A stretch of DNA of 63,684 bases, the filler included, from Thraustochytrium aureum (Eukaryota): the NCBI GenBank assembly GCA_012862495.1. It is 5 parts of 3 records of this genome, joined end to end, with 100 filler letters (N's around TTAATTAATTAA, not from the genome) between each part and the next. Parts side by side here need not be neighbours in the genome. Positions count along the whole stretch, not along the records: positions 41,669 to 62,499 come from BLSG01000302.1; 4 more parts are not named here. One strand, written 5' to 3'. The translations under genes and the position numbers were made by a program. Positions 49,251 to 59,053 of the stretch are shown here, piece after piece; within the stretch, counting starts at the first letter, position 1, and each line of letters opens with the position of its first letter. The notes beneath the pieces were generated by a model. That model was not told the DNA's origin, ran no database searches, and worked only from the letters and a program-made list of their open reading frames with translations.

Positions 49251-49594
49251 AAGGCAGGCAGCCGTGCGAGCAGCTGCAATCGTGCGAGTTGAGCGGGTCG
49301 AAAGAGGGAGAGCGGGCGGCGTGCCAGAACGATGGAGGTTGAAAGCAAGAGGGGAGGAGAGTCTTGCCACACGCTAGCTCAGCGCAGTTGGAGTTGAAGG
49401 GGTGGGTACCTTAGAGTACTCGCATGGGACTGGAAGGCCCTTCCTGCCAGTGGGTTTGCTCAGGCCCTCCTGCCACGCGACGAAAACAAACCCATTGCGC
49501 AGCACCCCTCACGTCGACTCATGTCAGAATGAGGATTTCTTTTCGAGGCTCAGCTCAAGGAGGATTGCTCAGCTGGCTTGTTTTCGTTTTGGTC

Positions 49595-49770
49595 ACTTCC
49601 CCGCACATTTTCCCCCATTTTTTCCCTTTTCCCCTTTGTTTTCCCCCATTTTTCCCCTTTGTTTTCCCCTTTGTTTTCCCCTTTAGTTTCCCCTTTAGTT
49701 TTCCATTTTGTTTCCCATTTGTTTCCCCTTAGTATTGCCCTTAGTATTGCCCCCCATTTTCCCCCATTCA
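49595..49770. repeat. Degenerate ~11-12-nt pyrimidine-rich minisatellite (GTTTTCCCCTTT-like); G runs on the minus strand
   Basis: gttttcccctttgttttcccctttagtttcccctttag...cccttagtattgcccttagtattgcc. Confidence 0.85.
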
Positions 49771-50453
49771 AGCCTTCTCTTCAAGTTCCTGCTTGGCTTT
49801 TCTGTTCCGGCTTTTTGCGTGTTGGGAGGGAGCGAGCGGGTTGTGCTCTCTCAGCTGCTAACGCTCCGAGGGTGTGTGGGGGCGATTTGGCGGTGACTGA
49901 CTTGAGTCACTGAGTCCCTTGCGCGCGTGCTCGGGGCCAACACGCCGCCCTGCTTTTCTTTCGAGGTCGCACCTCTACCGAGTGTCGATTTAGTGATCGA
50001 TTGAGCTCCCCTGAGCGGCGATTGAAAACTCTGGCGGGGCCCGTCGTCCTCGTCCGCTTGCTTCAAAAGCGATTGAATTGATTTCAATCTTTCAAGAAAG
50101 ATGAATTCTGAAATGGTTTACCTCTGCATGTGGGCGGGCGGCATCTTGATCTTTGATTTCAAGAACAGAAGAGCGAGCACAAACTACAAACTAATACATT
50201 GGGACTCGGCCGTCCGAGCACGAGCTGAAGGTACTACGAACGCTTTCAGCAAGCGACAAATACCTACATGACCATCCTCCTTGACACGTTGACATGGGCG
50301 AGACGAACGCTTTCAGCAGGACGTTCAGCGAGAGTCCCACTGGACCGCGTCTTGCGTAGCGCGCACTGCCTGCCAACAGCCGCCATGGCAAAAGACCGCG
50401 AGTCCCACGTGGCGAAGGTGGCTTGCTTGGTTACACGACCTGCGAAGAGCCAG

Positions 50454-52577
50454 TCAGCGGCGCCATCGTGTCGCCTGCCGCTCGAGCTCGGCAAACTGAT
50501 CCGCGAGGACCTTGTTTGCGAAGCGCTGCTCGGCAAGCAGCTCGTCCTTCTCTTTCAGGGTCTCCATGAGCGAGTTGGCCAGGTGGTGCAGCTGGGCGAT
50601 CTGGGCACTCGCCTGCGCGAGCTTGTCGCCGCCCTTGAGCGACACTTTGAGCGAGCCGAAAGAGTCGATGAGTGAGTGCCGCTTCCGGTGGATCTTGCCC
50701 CCACTTCCAGGCGTACTCTCGCCACGCCCAGAAGCCTGCAGAGAGAGCGGTGGTGGCGGAGAGGACAAAATCGGCGCCGGCGTCGGCGAGGCCGGCCCGG
50801 CTGCCCTTGCTGCGTCAGACTTGCACGTGAGCGCGTTCAAGTCCTGCCGAAGGCTCAGGTTCTCCTGGACTAGGTCGCTCTTTTCTGCCTCGCGCGCGGC
50901 GACCCGAGCCCGAAGCTGCGCAGTGTGCGAGACCGTCTCTGCCAGCTCGCTTACCGAGCCCACGCCCACCTCAGCCAAGAGGCGGGCCAATTCGCTCCCG
51001 TCGGCGGCCGCACGCGCGTCCGCCGCCACCTTAGCGTCAAGCAAGGCGCCGTTCGCCTGCTCGAGCTCCGCCGCGTGCCGCGAGAGCCCTGCGACGGTGC
51101 GCTCAAGGTCGCCAATACGGCCGGCCAACGCAGCGATCTTTTTCTCCCTCTCAAGAGCTGACTCTTTGAGCGTGTCCACCTGTTCTATGCGGCGCTCGAG
51201 GGCCCTCTCCGTCTTTCGCAGCTCCGAGCCCCGCTCCTCCGCCAGGGCCTGCGAGGCTTCGAGGGCGGCACGAAGCTCGTGCGTTTCCTCCTCGGCCTCG
51301 CTCTTGCCCCTCTGGAGCTGAGACACAAGCTCCAGTGCACGCGCCTTCTCGGACTCCAAGGCTGCAACCCGAGCTTTGAGGCGCTCTTCGTCGCTGAACC
51401 GTGGCGGCTCCGAAGGGGCGACTGCGCTCCGAGTCGTCGGCCCATCACCTTCATCACCCAGCGCCACTGGCATGGCGCTCGCTCGCTCCGGCCCATCAGC
51501 TTCGTCGCCCAGCGGCTCCGGCACCCGGCTNNNNNNNNNNNNNNNNNNNNNNNNNNNNNNNNNNNNNNNNNNNNNNNNNNNNNNNNNNNNNNNNNNNNNN
51601 NNNNNNNNNNNNNNNNNNNNNNNNNNNNNNNNNNNNNNNNNNNNNNNNNNNNNNNNNNNNNNNNNNNNNNNNNNNNNNNNNNNNNNNNNNNNNNNNNNNN
51701 NNNNNNNNNNNNNNNNNNNNNNNNNNNNNNNNNNNNNNNNNNNNNNNNNNNNNNNNNNNNNNNNNNNNNNNNNNNNNNNNNNNNNNNNNNNNNNNNNNNN
51801 NGACTCGTCCTCGCTGGGCAACGGGCTGTCGTCCACCGGCGAGTCCGCGGGCGTCTCGACCGCTCTTGCAGCCGCATGCGGGGCGCGCGCCAGCACGTGG
51901 ACGACGACGCACGACCCGAGCTTGTCCGCCCAGATTCGGATCGAACAGGGGGTGCGAGTCGCGCCCGCGGCCTCACAGTGCGCAGCAACCTCGCAGAGGT
52001 CTGTCGCTTCAAGCTGGGCCAGGCGCTCGGCGGTTTCCGCTCCCAGCCGGACGGGGTTGCTCACGGCGCGCGCTATGACCTCGTGCGAGGCGGCCAGGGG
52101 AGGCCTCGGCCAGGATGCGGAACCCCAGGTCCGCCGCGTTGGGTTGATAAAACCCGAGGCGTGGCTGTGCAGCGCAACCCTGTCCCCAGCGCCGGGCGGC
52201 GGCCCAGTGCCGGCAGCCATCGGTTCTGCCCCAGCCTTTACGCGAAACCAGTTGACGCGGACCAGCTCGGCGTCCTGCATCGTCCCGAGCAGCTGGCCGT
52301 CAGCTTGCGCGCAGAGGACTCCGCCGTCTTCTCGGATCGAGAGGTTGCGCGCGGCGCCCAGCACCTGCTCGCTGCGTCTTACTTGCGGCAAACTGGCCCC
52401 CTGGCCTGCGGCCGCGCCTGCGCTCCCTGGTGCTCGTCCCTTGAGCCCAAGCATGCTGAGGAGGCGTTGGCTGCCTCTTGTGGGTGTTGGTGGAGGTTGT
52501 GCTGCCTCCGGCGCGGCGCCCCCCCGTGGGCCCTTCAAGGCGTCGCTGTCCAGCTCCGGTCCGCCAGCGCCCTCCAT
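50454..52577 (-). CDS. Hypothetical protein with a long C-terminal coiled coil; spans an N gap
   Basis: Open on both sides of the gap. Heptad-rich E/A/L/R segment and terminal LANSLMETLKEKDELLAEQRFANKVLA. Confidence 0.65.
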   Translation of the reverse strand: MEGAGGPELDSDALKGPRGGAAPEAAQPPPTPTRGSQRLLSMLGLKGRAPGSAGAAAGQGASLPQVRRSEQVLGAARNLSIREDGGVLCAQADGQLLGTMQDAELVRVNWFRVKAGAEPMAAGTGPPPGAGDRVALHSHASGFINPTRRTWGSASWPRPPLAASHEVIARAVSNPVRLGAETAERLAQLEATDLCEVAAHCEAAGATRTPCSIRIWADKLGSCVVVHVLARAPHAAARAVETPADSPVDDSPLPSEDEXXXXXXXXXXXXXXXXXXXXXXXXXXXXXXXXXXXXXXXXXXXXXXXXXXXXXXXXXXXXXXXXXXXXXXXXXXXXXXXXXXXXXXXXXXXSRVPEPLGDEADGPERASAMPVALGDEGDGPTTRSAVAPSEPPRFSDEERLKARVAALESEKARALELVSQLQRGKSEAEEETHELRAALEASQALAEERGSELRKTERALERRIEQVDTLKESALEREKKIAALAGRIGDLERTVAGLSRHAAELEQANGALLDAKVAADARAAADGSELARLLAEVGVGSVSELAETVSHTAQLRARVAAREAEKSDLVQENLSLRQDLNALTCKSDAARAAGPASPTPAPILSSPPPPLSLQASGRGESTPGSGGKIHRKRHSLIDSFGSLKVSLKGGDKLAQASAQIAQLHHLANSLMETLKEKDELLAEQRFANKVLADQFAELERQATRWRR

Positions 52578-53236
52578 GCGCAGCGCTTCCGCCCTGCCGC
52601 CGCCGCCAGCAAGCTCACGTCGCCGAGCGCGCCCAGGCGGGACCGCGACAGGCGGTCAAGGTCCTGGAAGCGCGGTGGAAATGTCGCGGCGCTCGGCAAG
52701 CCCCTCCCCGCCTGCAGCTTGTTCCTTCCCACCACCGCGACGGAGCCCACACTGCGCGCTGCGCTCGCGGCGAACGGCCGGAGTAGGGTGTGCCGCGGCG
52801 GCCCGTGCAGGTCGCGCGGGAGAGGGATTGACAGGCAGTGCGATGGTGGTGGTCAATGGCGCGAGCGGAGCGGCCGTTCAGCGTCACCTAAATTCGGCAA
52901 TGAAGTAGTTGATTGAGGTGTCATTTCTCGGAAAGAAAGCAACTTGTTCAAGCCGCCGCTGTCGCTGGCGGCACGACGCCGAGCGGCCACATCGATAAGG
53001 CCCGCGGCCTCACGCCGACGGGCAGGCCTCAAGCTACTCGGGCTGCACAGACGGCGCGCGGGTCTTGAGGGCCAAGTCAGCGCCGCGTCCAACCCACCCA
53101 ACAACGTACAAAATACAGTTGGCTCGAGCAAACGAGCCAGACGCAGCGGGACTTGCCAAGAGGCGAGCAAGGGTCACTCAGGTTGGGCGACTCTAGAGCT
53201 CGAGAGGGGCGCCGCGAGCAAGAGCAGAGAAGCGTG

Positions 53237-53763
53237 TCATGCGCCGCTAGATGCAGGGGGGGCCGCCCTCGCCCGCTTGGCTGCTCGCAGCTCGGTTGAG
53301 GAAAGGTCCACCCTGAACTCGGCCTCGCTGAGGGGGGTGAACATGCCCCTGAGGCCCGCTGGCACGCGGTCCGTCATGCGTGAAAAGGCCTGAAACTCGC
53401 CGTCCTTGACACGGCCCGCCACGAAAAAGTGCGACCCAAGGGCCGCCAACTCGGCGAGCGCAGCCGCAGTTTTTCTCGTTGCTGTCGCCGTAATACTTGG
53501 GGTCCACGAGGCGCTCGGCTGTGTCAAAGCCAACCACAAAGCTCGCGCCAGGGAGCAGCCGAGCCTTGTCAATGAATTTCGAGGCGCGCGTAACTACAAC
53601 AGGCCAAGGGCCGAAGCCGGCCGTGCCGGGCGAGGCGAACTGCGCCACGCGCTCGGCGACCTGAGCCAGATCGACCTCGCCCTTGTCCACGTTGCTGATC
53701 GACAGTTCAAATACTGGTACGACTTCATGAGCAAGGGGCCCTGTGTCCATCGACTTGGCCTTG
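53237..53763 (-). CDS. NadD-like nucleotidylyltransferase-superfamily protein, C-terminal part; frameshift at an A run near 53472
   Basis: FELSISNVDK, KFIDKARLLPGASFVVGFDTAERLVDPKYYG, FFVAGR, FRVDLSSTELR. Confidence 0.82.
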
Positions 53764-54408
53764 NNNNNNNNNNNNNNNNNNNNNNNNNNNNNNNNNNNNN
53801 NNNNNNNNNNNNNNNNNNNNNNNNNNNNNNNNNNNNNNNNNNNNNNNNNNNNNNNNNNNNNNNNNNNNNNNNNNNNNNNNNNNNNNNNNNNNNNNNNNNN
53901 NNNNNNNNNNNNNNNNNNNNNNNNNNNNNNNNNNNNNNNNNNNNNNNNNNNNNNNNNNNNNNNNNNNNNNNNNNNNNNNNNNNNNNNNNNNNNNNNNNNN
54001 NNNNNNNNNNNNNNNNNNNNNNNNNNNNNNNNNNNNNNNNNNNNNNNNNNNNNNNNNNNNNNNNNNNNNNNNNNNNNNNNNNNNNNNNNNNNNNNNNNNN
54101 NNNNNNNNNNNNNNNNNNNNNNNNNNNNNNNNNNNNNNNNNNNNNNNNNNNNNNNNNNNNNNNNNNNNNNNNNNNNNNNNNNNNNNNNNNNNNNNNNNNN
54201 NNNNNNNNNNNNNNNNNNNNNNNNNNNNNNNNNNNNNNNNNNNNNNNNNNNNNNNNNNNNNNNNNNNNNNNNNNNNNNNNNNNNNNNNNNNNNNNNNNNN
54301 NNNNNNNNNNNNNNNNNNNNNNNNNNNNNNNNNNNNNNNNNNNNNNNNNNNNNNNNNNNNNNNNNNNNNNNNNNNNNNNNNNNNNNNNNNNNNNNNNNNN
54401 NNNNNNNN

Positions 54409-57093
54409 ACTCGTCATGCTCCTGCTTCGCAAAGGCAATCTAAGCCAGCCAGCCGCTATCGTGCGCGTGCTCTGCGAGCTGAGCGACAGCGGATTTGGCA
54501 AGACAGCAGCGTCGTCGAGAGCCTCGGTGTCCTACCGCGCGGTGGGCCCGTCGGCGTTCGCGCCGCAGAGATGCTCGAGTCATTCGTGCGGCCCAGCGCC
54601 GAATCCGCCCGCAACGCGTCTGGCGGGCGTGGCGGCGACAGCTGGATCGACTCCGGCCCAAGCTCTGTCCCAATGACAGGACCTGCTGCCGAGCAGCGGG
54701 CCAAGGATCGGGAAACCGAGGCGCTTCTCGTGCGCGACGTCCTGTACGCCTTCCAGGGCATCGACGGGCACTTTGTCAAGTACAGCCGCGACAAGGACGG
54801 GTTTACTGTCTCCCCGTTGCCAACGATCTCGCAGGCAGCGCGGCGGATCGTCCTCAAGCTTTGCGAGGTCGGCTGGCTGTACAAGCGCATTGCCGCATTC
54901 GTGGAGCGGACGATTCGGGACGAATCGCTCGGGCTCGTGGCGCAGAGCTTTTCGAGCGCGATGCAGTTTGAACTGACCGATTTCTTCCGCCTCATCGCCG
55001 TCCTCGAGTCCCAACTCGATGCCCGCTCGGGCGACCCGATTCCGAGCGCCAGCGGAGCCGACCACGACGGCCTCGCGCCTCGGGCGGGCCCGCTAAAGCT
55101 CACGCTGCGCCAGCTCTCAGTCTGGTCCCGCGAGCCGATGCGCAGGCTCAAGCTAATGGCCATGATGGCTGACAGTGTCGAGGGCCTGGTAGGCGGCGCG
55201 CTGGCCTCGGTGCTGCACGTCTACTCGATGCACGGCGACCCGTTCGTCGCGAGCTTTGCTGAGGGCGTGCTGCAAAAGGTATCGGCGCCGCTTTTCGAGA
55301 GCATCCGGCTTTGGGTCATCCACGGCGAGCTCGAGGACCCGTGCGGGGAGTTTTTCGTGTCCGCGGACGCCTCGGTCCCCGACGAGCGGCTCTGGTTTGA
55401 CAAGTACAAGCTGCAGACCTCGATGGTGCCCGGGTTTATTGGCAAAGGGCTTGCCAAAAAGGTTTTGCTTGTGGGCAAGTCCATCAACTTTATTCGGTAC
55501 TGCTGCGCGGGCGACGAGCGCGAAGACGTCGCTCGGGGAGCCAGTGAGGGGCAGCAGGTGATCGAGGAGGAGTTTGCGCAGCTCCAAGCCACAGTGCGCG
55601 ACTCGGGTCCGCCCCGAGGCGGTTCGGACCAGTCCGGAGCCACCAAGGCCGCGGCGTTGGCAGTGCGCGCCGGAGCGGGGATCGTAGCGGCCGGCGGCAG
55701 CGAGGAAGGCGAGAGCGGATCCGGGGGCTCGAGCAGCACTGACGCGCGGACCGTGCACCTCCTTCGCGCAATCGACCGCGCGGCGCTGGCGACCAACAAG
55801 CAGCTGCGCACCATTTTGTTTGACCAATTCAAGCTGCTGCGGCACTGCCGCGCCCTCAAGCAGTACCTCATGCTCGGCCAGGGCGACACGATCCAGTACT
55901 TGATGGACTTGCTCAGCCCCCAGCTCGCGCTGCCGGCAGCTCAGGTGTACCGGCACACGCTGGTTGCGCAGCTTGAAACCGCGGTGCGGGCCTCCAACGC
56001 GCATCTTGAGGCCGATGATGTTCTGGAGCGGCTTGACGTGCGCCTTTTGCAGGCCTCGCCCGGCGACAGCGGCTGGGACGTGTTTGTGCTGGACTACCAC
56101 CTCACGCCCCCGCTCAGCTGCGTGATTACCAAGGACGCCATGTCAAAGTACTATGAGATCTTTACGTTCCTGTGGCGCCTCAAGCGCGTCGAGTACTCGC
56201 TCTCAAGCGCCTGGAAGCAAGAGATGACCACCGAGCACGTCGTTCGCGAGATGCAGGGCGTCAAGGGCACGCTGCACAAGTTTCACATCCTCCGCCACGA
56301 GATGATCCATTTCATCTCCAACTTGCACAGCTACATCATGTTTGAGGTGCTAGAGACGTCCTGGGAGCGCCTTGTGCAAGACCTCGAGCAGGCCGCCGAC
56401 CTGGACCAGGTCGTGCTCGCGCACGAGAGCTACCTGGCGCAGATCATGCAAAAGTCGCTCATCGGCTCTGCGACTCAACTGGAAAGCGAGATGGGCATCT
56501 CTCCGGCGCAAGTGCCGGGCTCGCCCTCAGGCTTTGCGCGGGGCGACCCTCGCGCGGCGGGCCTGGCCGCCGGCCTTGCCGAGCCTGACACCGTCTCGCT
56601 GCGCCAGGGCATGCAAATCCTGTTCGACCTCATCTTGCGCTTTTGCAACGTGCAGAAGCGCCTGTACACTAACGTGCTAGAGCAGGTCCACAAGCTGCAG
56701 CGCACGCGATTCCAAATTATCGAGCGGACCCGGAACGAAAAGTGGGGCATCGACGAGGCGGACGCGCAGAGCACCGCCTCAGGGCGAGCCTTTGCAGACC
56801 CAGACGACGTCCGCGCGGCGCAAGCTGAGATTGCCGGCGAGTACGACCGGCAGGTCTCCGTCATTGCCACCGAGTACCGCCAGGCGTTCATGGCGTTTCT
56901 TGCTTGCCTGCAGCCCACTTCGTCGGAAAACCTCAAGTTCCTGCGCTTTCGCCTCGACTTTAATCTCTACTACGAGGGCCGAGCGCCGACGACGGGGGCG
57001 GAGCGAGAGCGCGTCGCCGATGTGGTGAGAGGCCGGGACGCCCATCCCAAGTTGCGCACGGTCCCTCCTTCGCTGTACTGGCGTGGGGAGTGA
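54409..57093 (+). CDS. TUBGCP3: Gamma-tubulin complex component 3 (GCP3/Spc98); 5' end in gap
   Basis: EALLVRDVLYAFQGIDG, LCEVGWLY, HGELEDPCGEFF, GKSINF, LKQYLMLGQGD, GDSGWDVFVLDY, YIMFEVLETSW, LRFRLDFN. Confidence 0.95.
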   Translation, partial: TRHAPASQRQSKPASRYRARALRAERQRIWQDSSVVESLGVLPRGGPVGVRAAEMLESFVRPSAESARNASGGRGGDSWIDSGPSSVPMTGPAAEQRAKDRETEALLVRDVLYAFQGIDGHFVKYSRDKDGFTVSPLPTISQAARRIVLKLCEVGWLYKRIAAFVERTIRDESLGLVAQSFSSAMQFELTDFFRLIAVLESQLDARSGDPIPSASGADHDGLAPRAGPLKLTLRQLSVWSREPMRRLKLMAMMADSVEGLVGGALASVLHVYSMHGDPFVASFAEGVLQKVSAPLFESIRLWVIHGELEDPCGEFFVSADASVPDERLWFDKYKLQTSMVPGFIGKGLAKKVLLVGKSINFIRYCCAGDEREDVARGASEGQQVIEEEFAQLQATVRDSGPPRGGSDQSGATKAAALAVRAGAGIVAAGGSEEGESGSGGSSSTDARTVHLLRAIDRAALATNKQLRTILFDQFKLLRHCRALKQYLMLGQGDTIQYLMDLLSPQLALPAAQVYRHTLVAQLETAVRASNAHLEADDVLERLDVRLLQASPGDSGWDVFVLDYHLTPPLSCVITKDAMSKYYEIFTFLWRLKRVEYSLSSAWKQEMTTEHVVREMQGVKGTLHKFHILRHEMIHFISNLHSYIMFEVLETSWERLVQDLEQAADLDQVVLAHESYLAQIMQKSLIGSATQLESEMGISPAQVPGSPSGFARGDPRAAGLAAGLAEPDTVSLRQGMQILFDLILRFCNVQKRLYTNVLEQVHKLQRTRFQIIERTRNEKWGIDEADAQSTASGRAFADPDDVRAAQAEIAGEYDRQVSVIATEYRQAFMAFLACLQPTSSENLKFLRFRLDFNLYYEGRAPTTGAERERVADVVRGRDAHPKLRTVPPSLYWRGE

Positions 57094-57283
57094 GAATCTA
57101 CCTTTGCTGTTTTGCTTTCGTGCCAATCAAATTTCCTTGGCGGTTGCGTGGCGGTCGCTTGGCGTGCGTCTGGCAGGCCGTCCCGGCGGCCGTCTTTCGC
57201 TCCTCCGTCTCCGTCTCTCGCTAGCGGTGGACACAGCGACGCGGTGCCAAAGCACGCCTCCGCTCAGAGCGCTGCCGCTGCGC

Positions 57284-58246
57284 CTAGTGCGTCTGCTGCT
57301 TCTGGCGCGGCTCTGCCTTGGCGTCCTCTGCGTGCTCAGCAAGCTGGACAACGAAGCGCTCTATGGCGCGAAGCTGCTGCCGGTTCGGCCCCAGCAAGAC
57401 GAGCTCGTTGCCAAAGGCCATCCCGGCGATGCGCGCGCGCAGCGCGCTCGGCAGGTCGCTCGCCCACTTGTCGCTGCGGACAAGCTGCTTGCACAAGTGC
57501 GCAGACTCGGTCGCGCGACGGAGGAGCTCTAGCATTATGCTTTGCGCGCTGGCGGCCGGGAACCAGGCCGGCTGGAGCTCTGGCACGCCTTGCTTCACAA
57601 GCATCCACACGATCGCTGCGTGGCCGCGCATTGCAGCCATCATGACCGCAGTGACGCCAGAGTTTGTTTTGCAGTTGACATCGACCCTGCCAGAGGCCAG
57701 CAGCAGCTCGACGATTCTCTCCTTGTTCTCGAAGGAGGCGAGCATCAGAGCGCTCCAGCCGATCGCGTTCGTCTTGTTGAGGCACACGTCTGCGCGATCC
57801 ACGAGCGCCTCGACCACGGACACTTGTCCGCGCGCCGTGGCCAGATGGAGCGAGGTAGCGCCGCTGACCGAGCAAGCCGCGTTGGGGTCGGTCGCCGTTT
57901 CTCTGAGCAAGTAGCGCACAATGCGCATGTGGCCGCCGTTGGCTGCAAACATGACCGCAGTCCAGCCGATGCCGCTCCGCAGGTTGACATCAACCGCCGT
58001 TTGGCTGCACAACAGCTTCACCGCGGCCTCGGCGCCGCGGTGCGCGGCAAGCATGAGCGGGGTCATCCCGTTCGAACACTGTACGTTCCAGTTGACCGCG
58101 CTGTCGCAGCCCTGCTCAAGCAAGCCGCAAATAGCCTCGCCGCCCTCCAGTAGGGCGAGGTCGGCCAGGGCTTGATCATCGCTGGAGCGCTTCGCGGCGC
58201 CGCCTTGTCTGCCGCGCAGGTCAGCCGAGACGCACATCGCCGCCAT
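57284..58246 (-). CDS. Ankyrin-repeat protein (about five repeats); 5' end may extend into the gap
   Basis: GMTPLMLAA, GWTAVMFAANGGH, GATSLHLATARG, GWSALMLAS, GVTAVMMAAMRGH. Confidence 0.9.
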   Translation of the reverse strand: MAAMCVSADLRGRQGGAAKRSSDDQALADLALLEGGEAICGLLEQGCDSAVNWNVQCSNGMTPLMLAAHRGAEAAVKLLCSQTAVDVNLRSGIGWTAVMFAANGGHMRIVRYLLRETATDPNAACSVSGATSLHLATARGQVSVVEALVDRADVCLNKTNAIGWSALMLASFENKERIVELLLASGRVDVNCKTNSGVTAVMMAAMRGHAAIVWMLVKQGVPELQPAWFPAASAQSIMLELLRRATESAHLCKQLVRSDKWASDLPSALRARIAGMAFGNELVLLGPNRQQLRAIERFVVQLAEHAEDAKAEPRQKQQTH

Positions 58247-59053
58247 CAAGGGCCAGCTCCTGCAGGCGCCGGCCAGTTCACTCCTCGCTCGAGCCNNNNN
58301 NNNNNNNNNNNNNNNNNNNNNNNNNNNNNNNNNNNNNNNNNNNNNNNNNNNNNNNNNNNNNNNNNNNNNNNNNNNNNNNNNNNNNNNNNNNNNNNNNNNN
58401 NNNNNNNNNNNNNNNNNNNNNNNNNNNNNNNNNNNNNNNNNNNNNNNNNNNNNNNNNNNNNNNNNNNNNNNNNNNNNNNNNNNNNNNNNNNNNNNNNNNN
58501 NNNNNNNNNNNNNNNNNNNNNNNNNNNNNNNNNNNNNNNNNNNNNNNNNNNNNNNNNNNNNNNNNNNNNNNNNNNNNNNNNNNNNNNNNNNNNNNNNNNN
58601 NNNNNNNNNNNNNNNNNNNNNNNNNNNNNNNNCAGAGCGGGCCGCCGTGCGTGGCGGTCAACTGGGTCGGCGGTTGGGCGGCGAAATTTCTTCACCGTGG
58701 CACCTTTCACGAGTGAATTGTTGTTGTGTTTTGTTCGCTCCCGCTGCCGCCGCCTGCCGCCGCTGCCGCTGCATGCGAGAGTGCTGGGCGAGAGCGAGGC
58801 TGCGCTGCGCGGATGCGAGGACCTGGCTGTGCTATGGCAGGAGCGCACGGCGCCGCTTTGCAAATGTGATGTGCGGGCGGGAAGCCGGCTGGAGTAGGGT
58901 TGAGTACTCTTCTCCCATACGGGGTTCATCGCGACTCTGCGCTCGCAGTTGGGAAACCAACCTCTCGCGCGCGGCGCGGTCCTTCCGAAAGAAGGGGACG
59001 CGGAGTTGGTGCGCAGGGCGCCCTGCGATTTTTATATTTTTTAGATACGGCAG

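Noticed and set aside
49595..49770. Interstitial telomere array
   Set aside because: Units are 11-12 nt and irregular, and do not match TTAGGG or TTAGG repeats.
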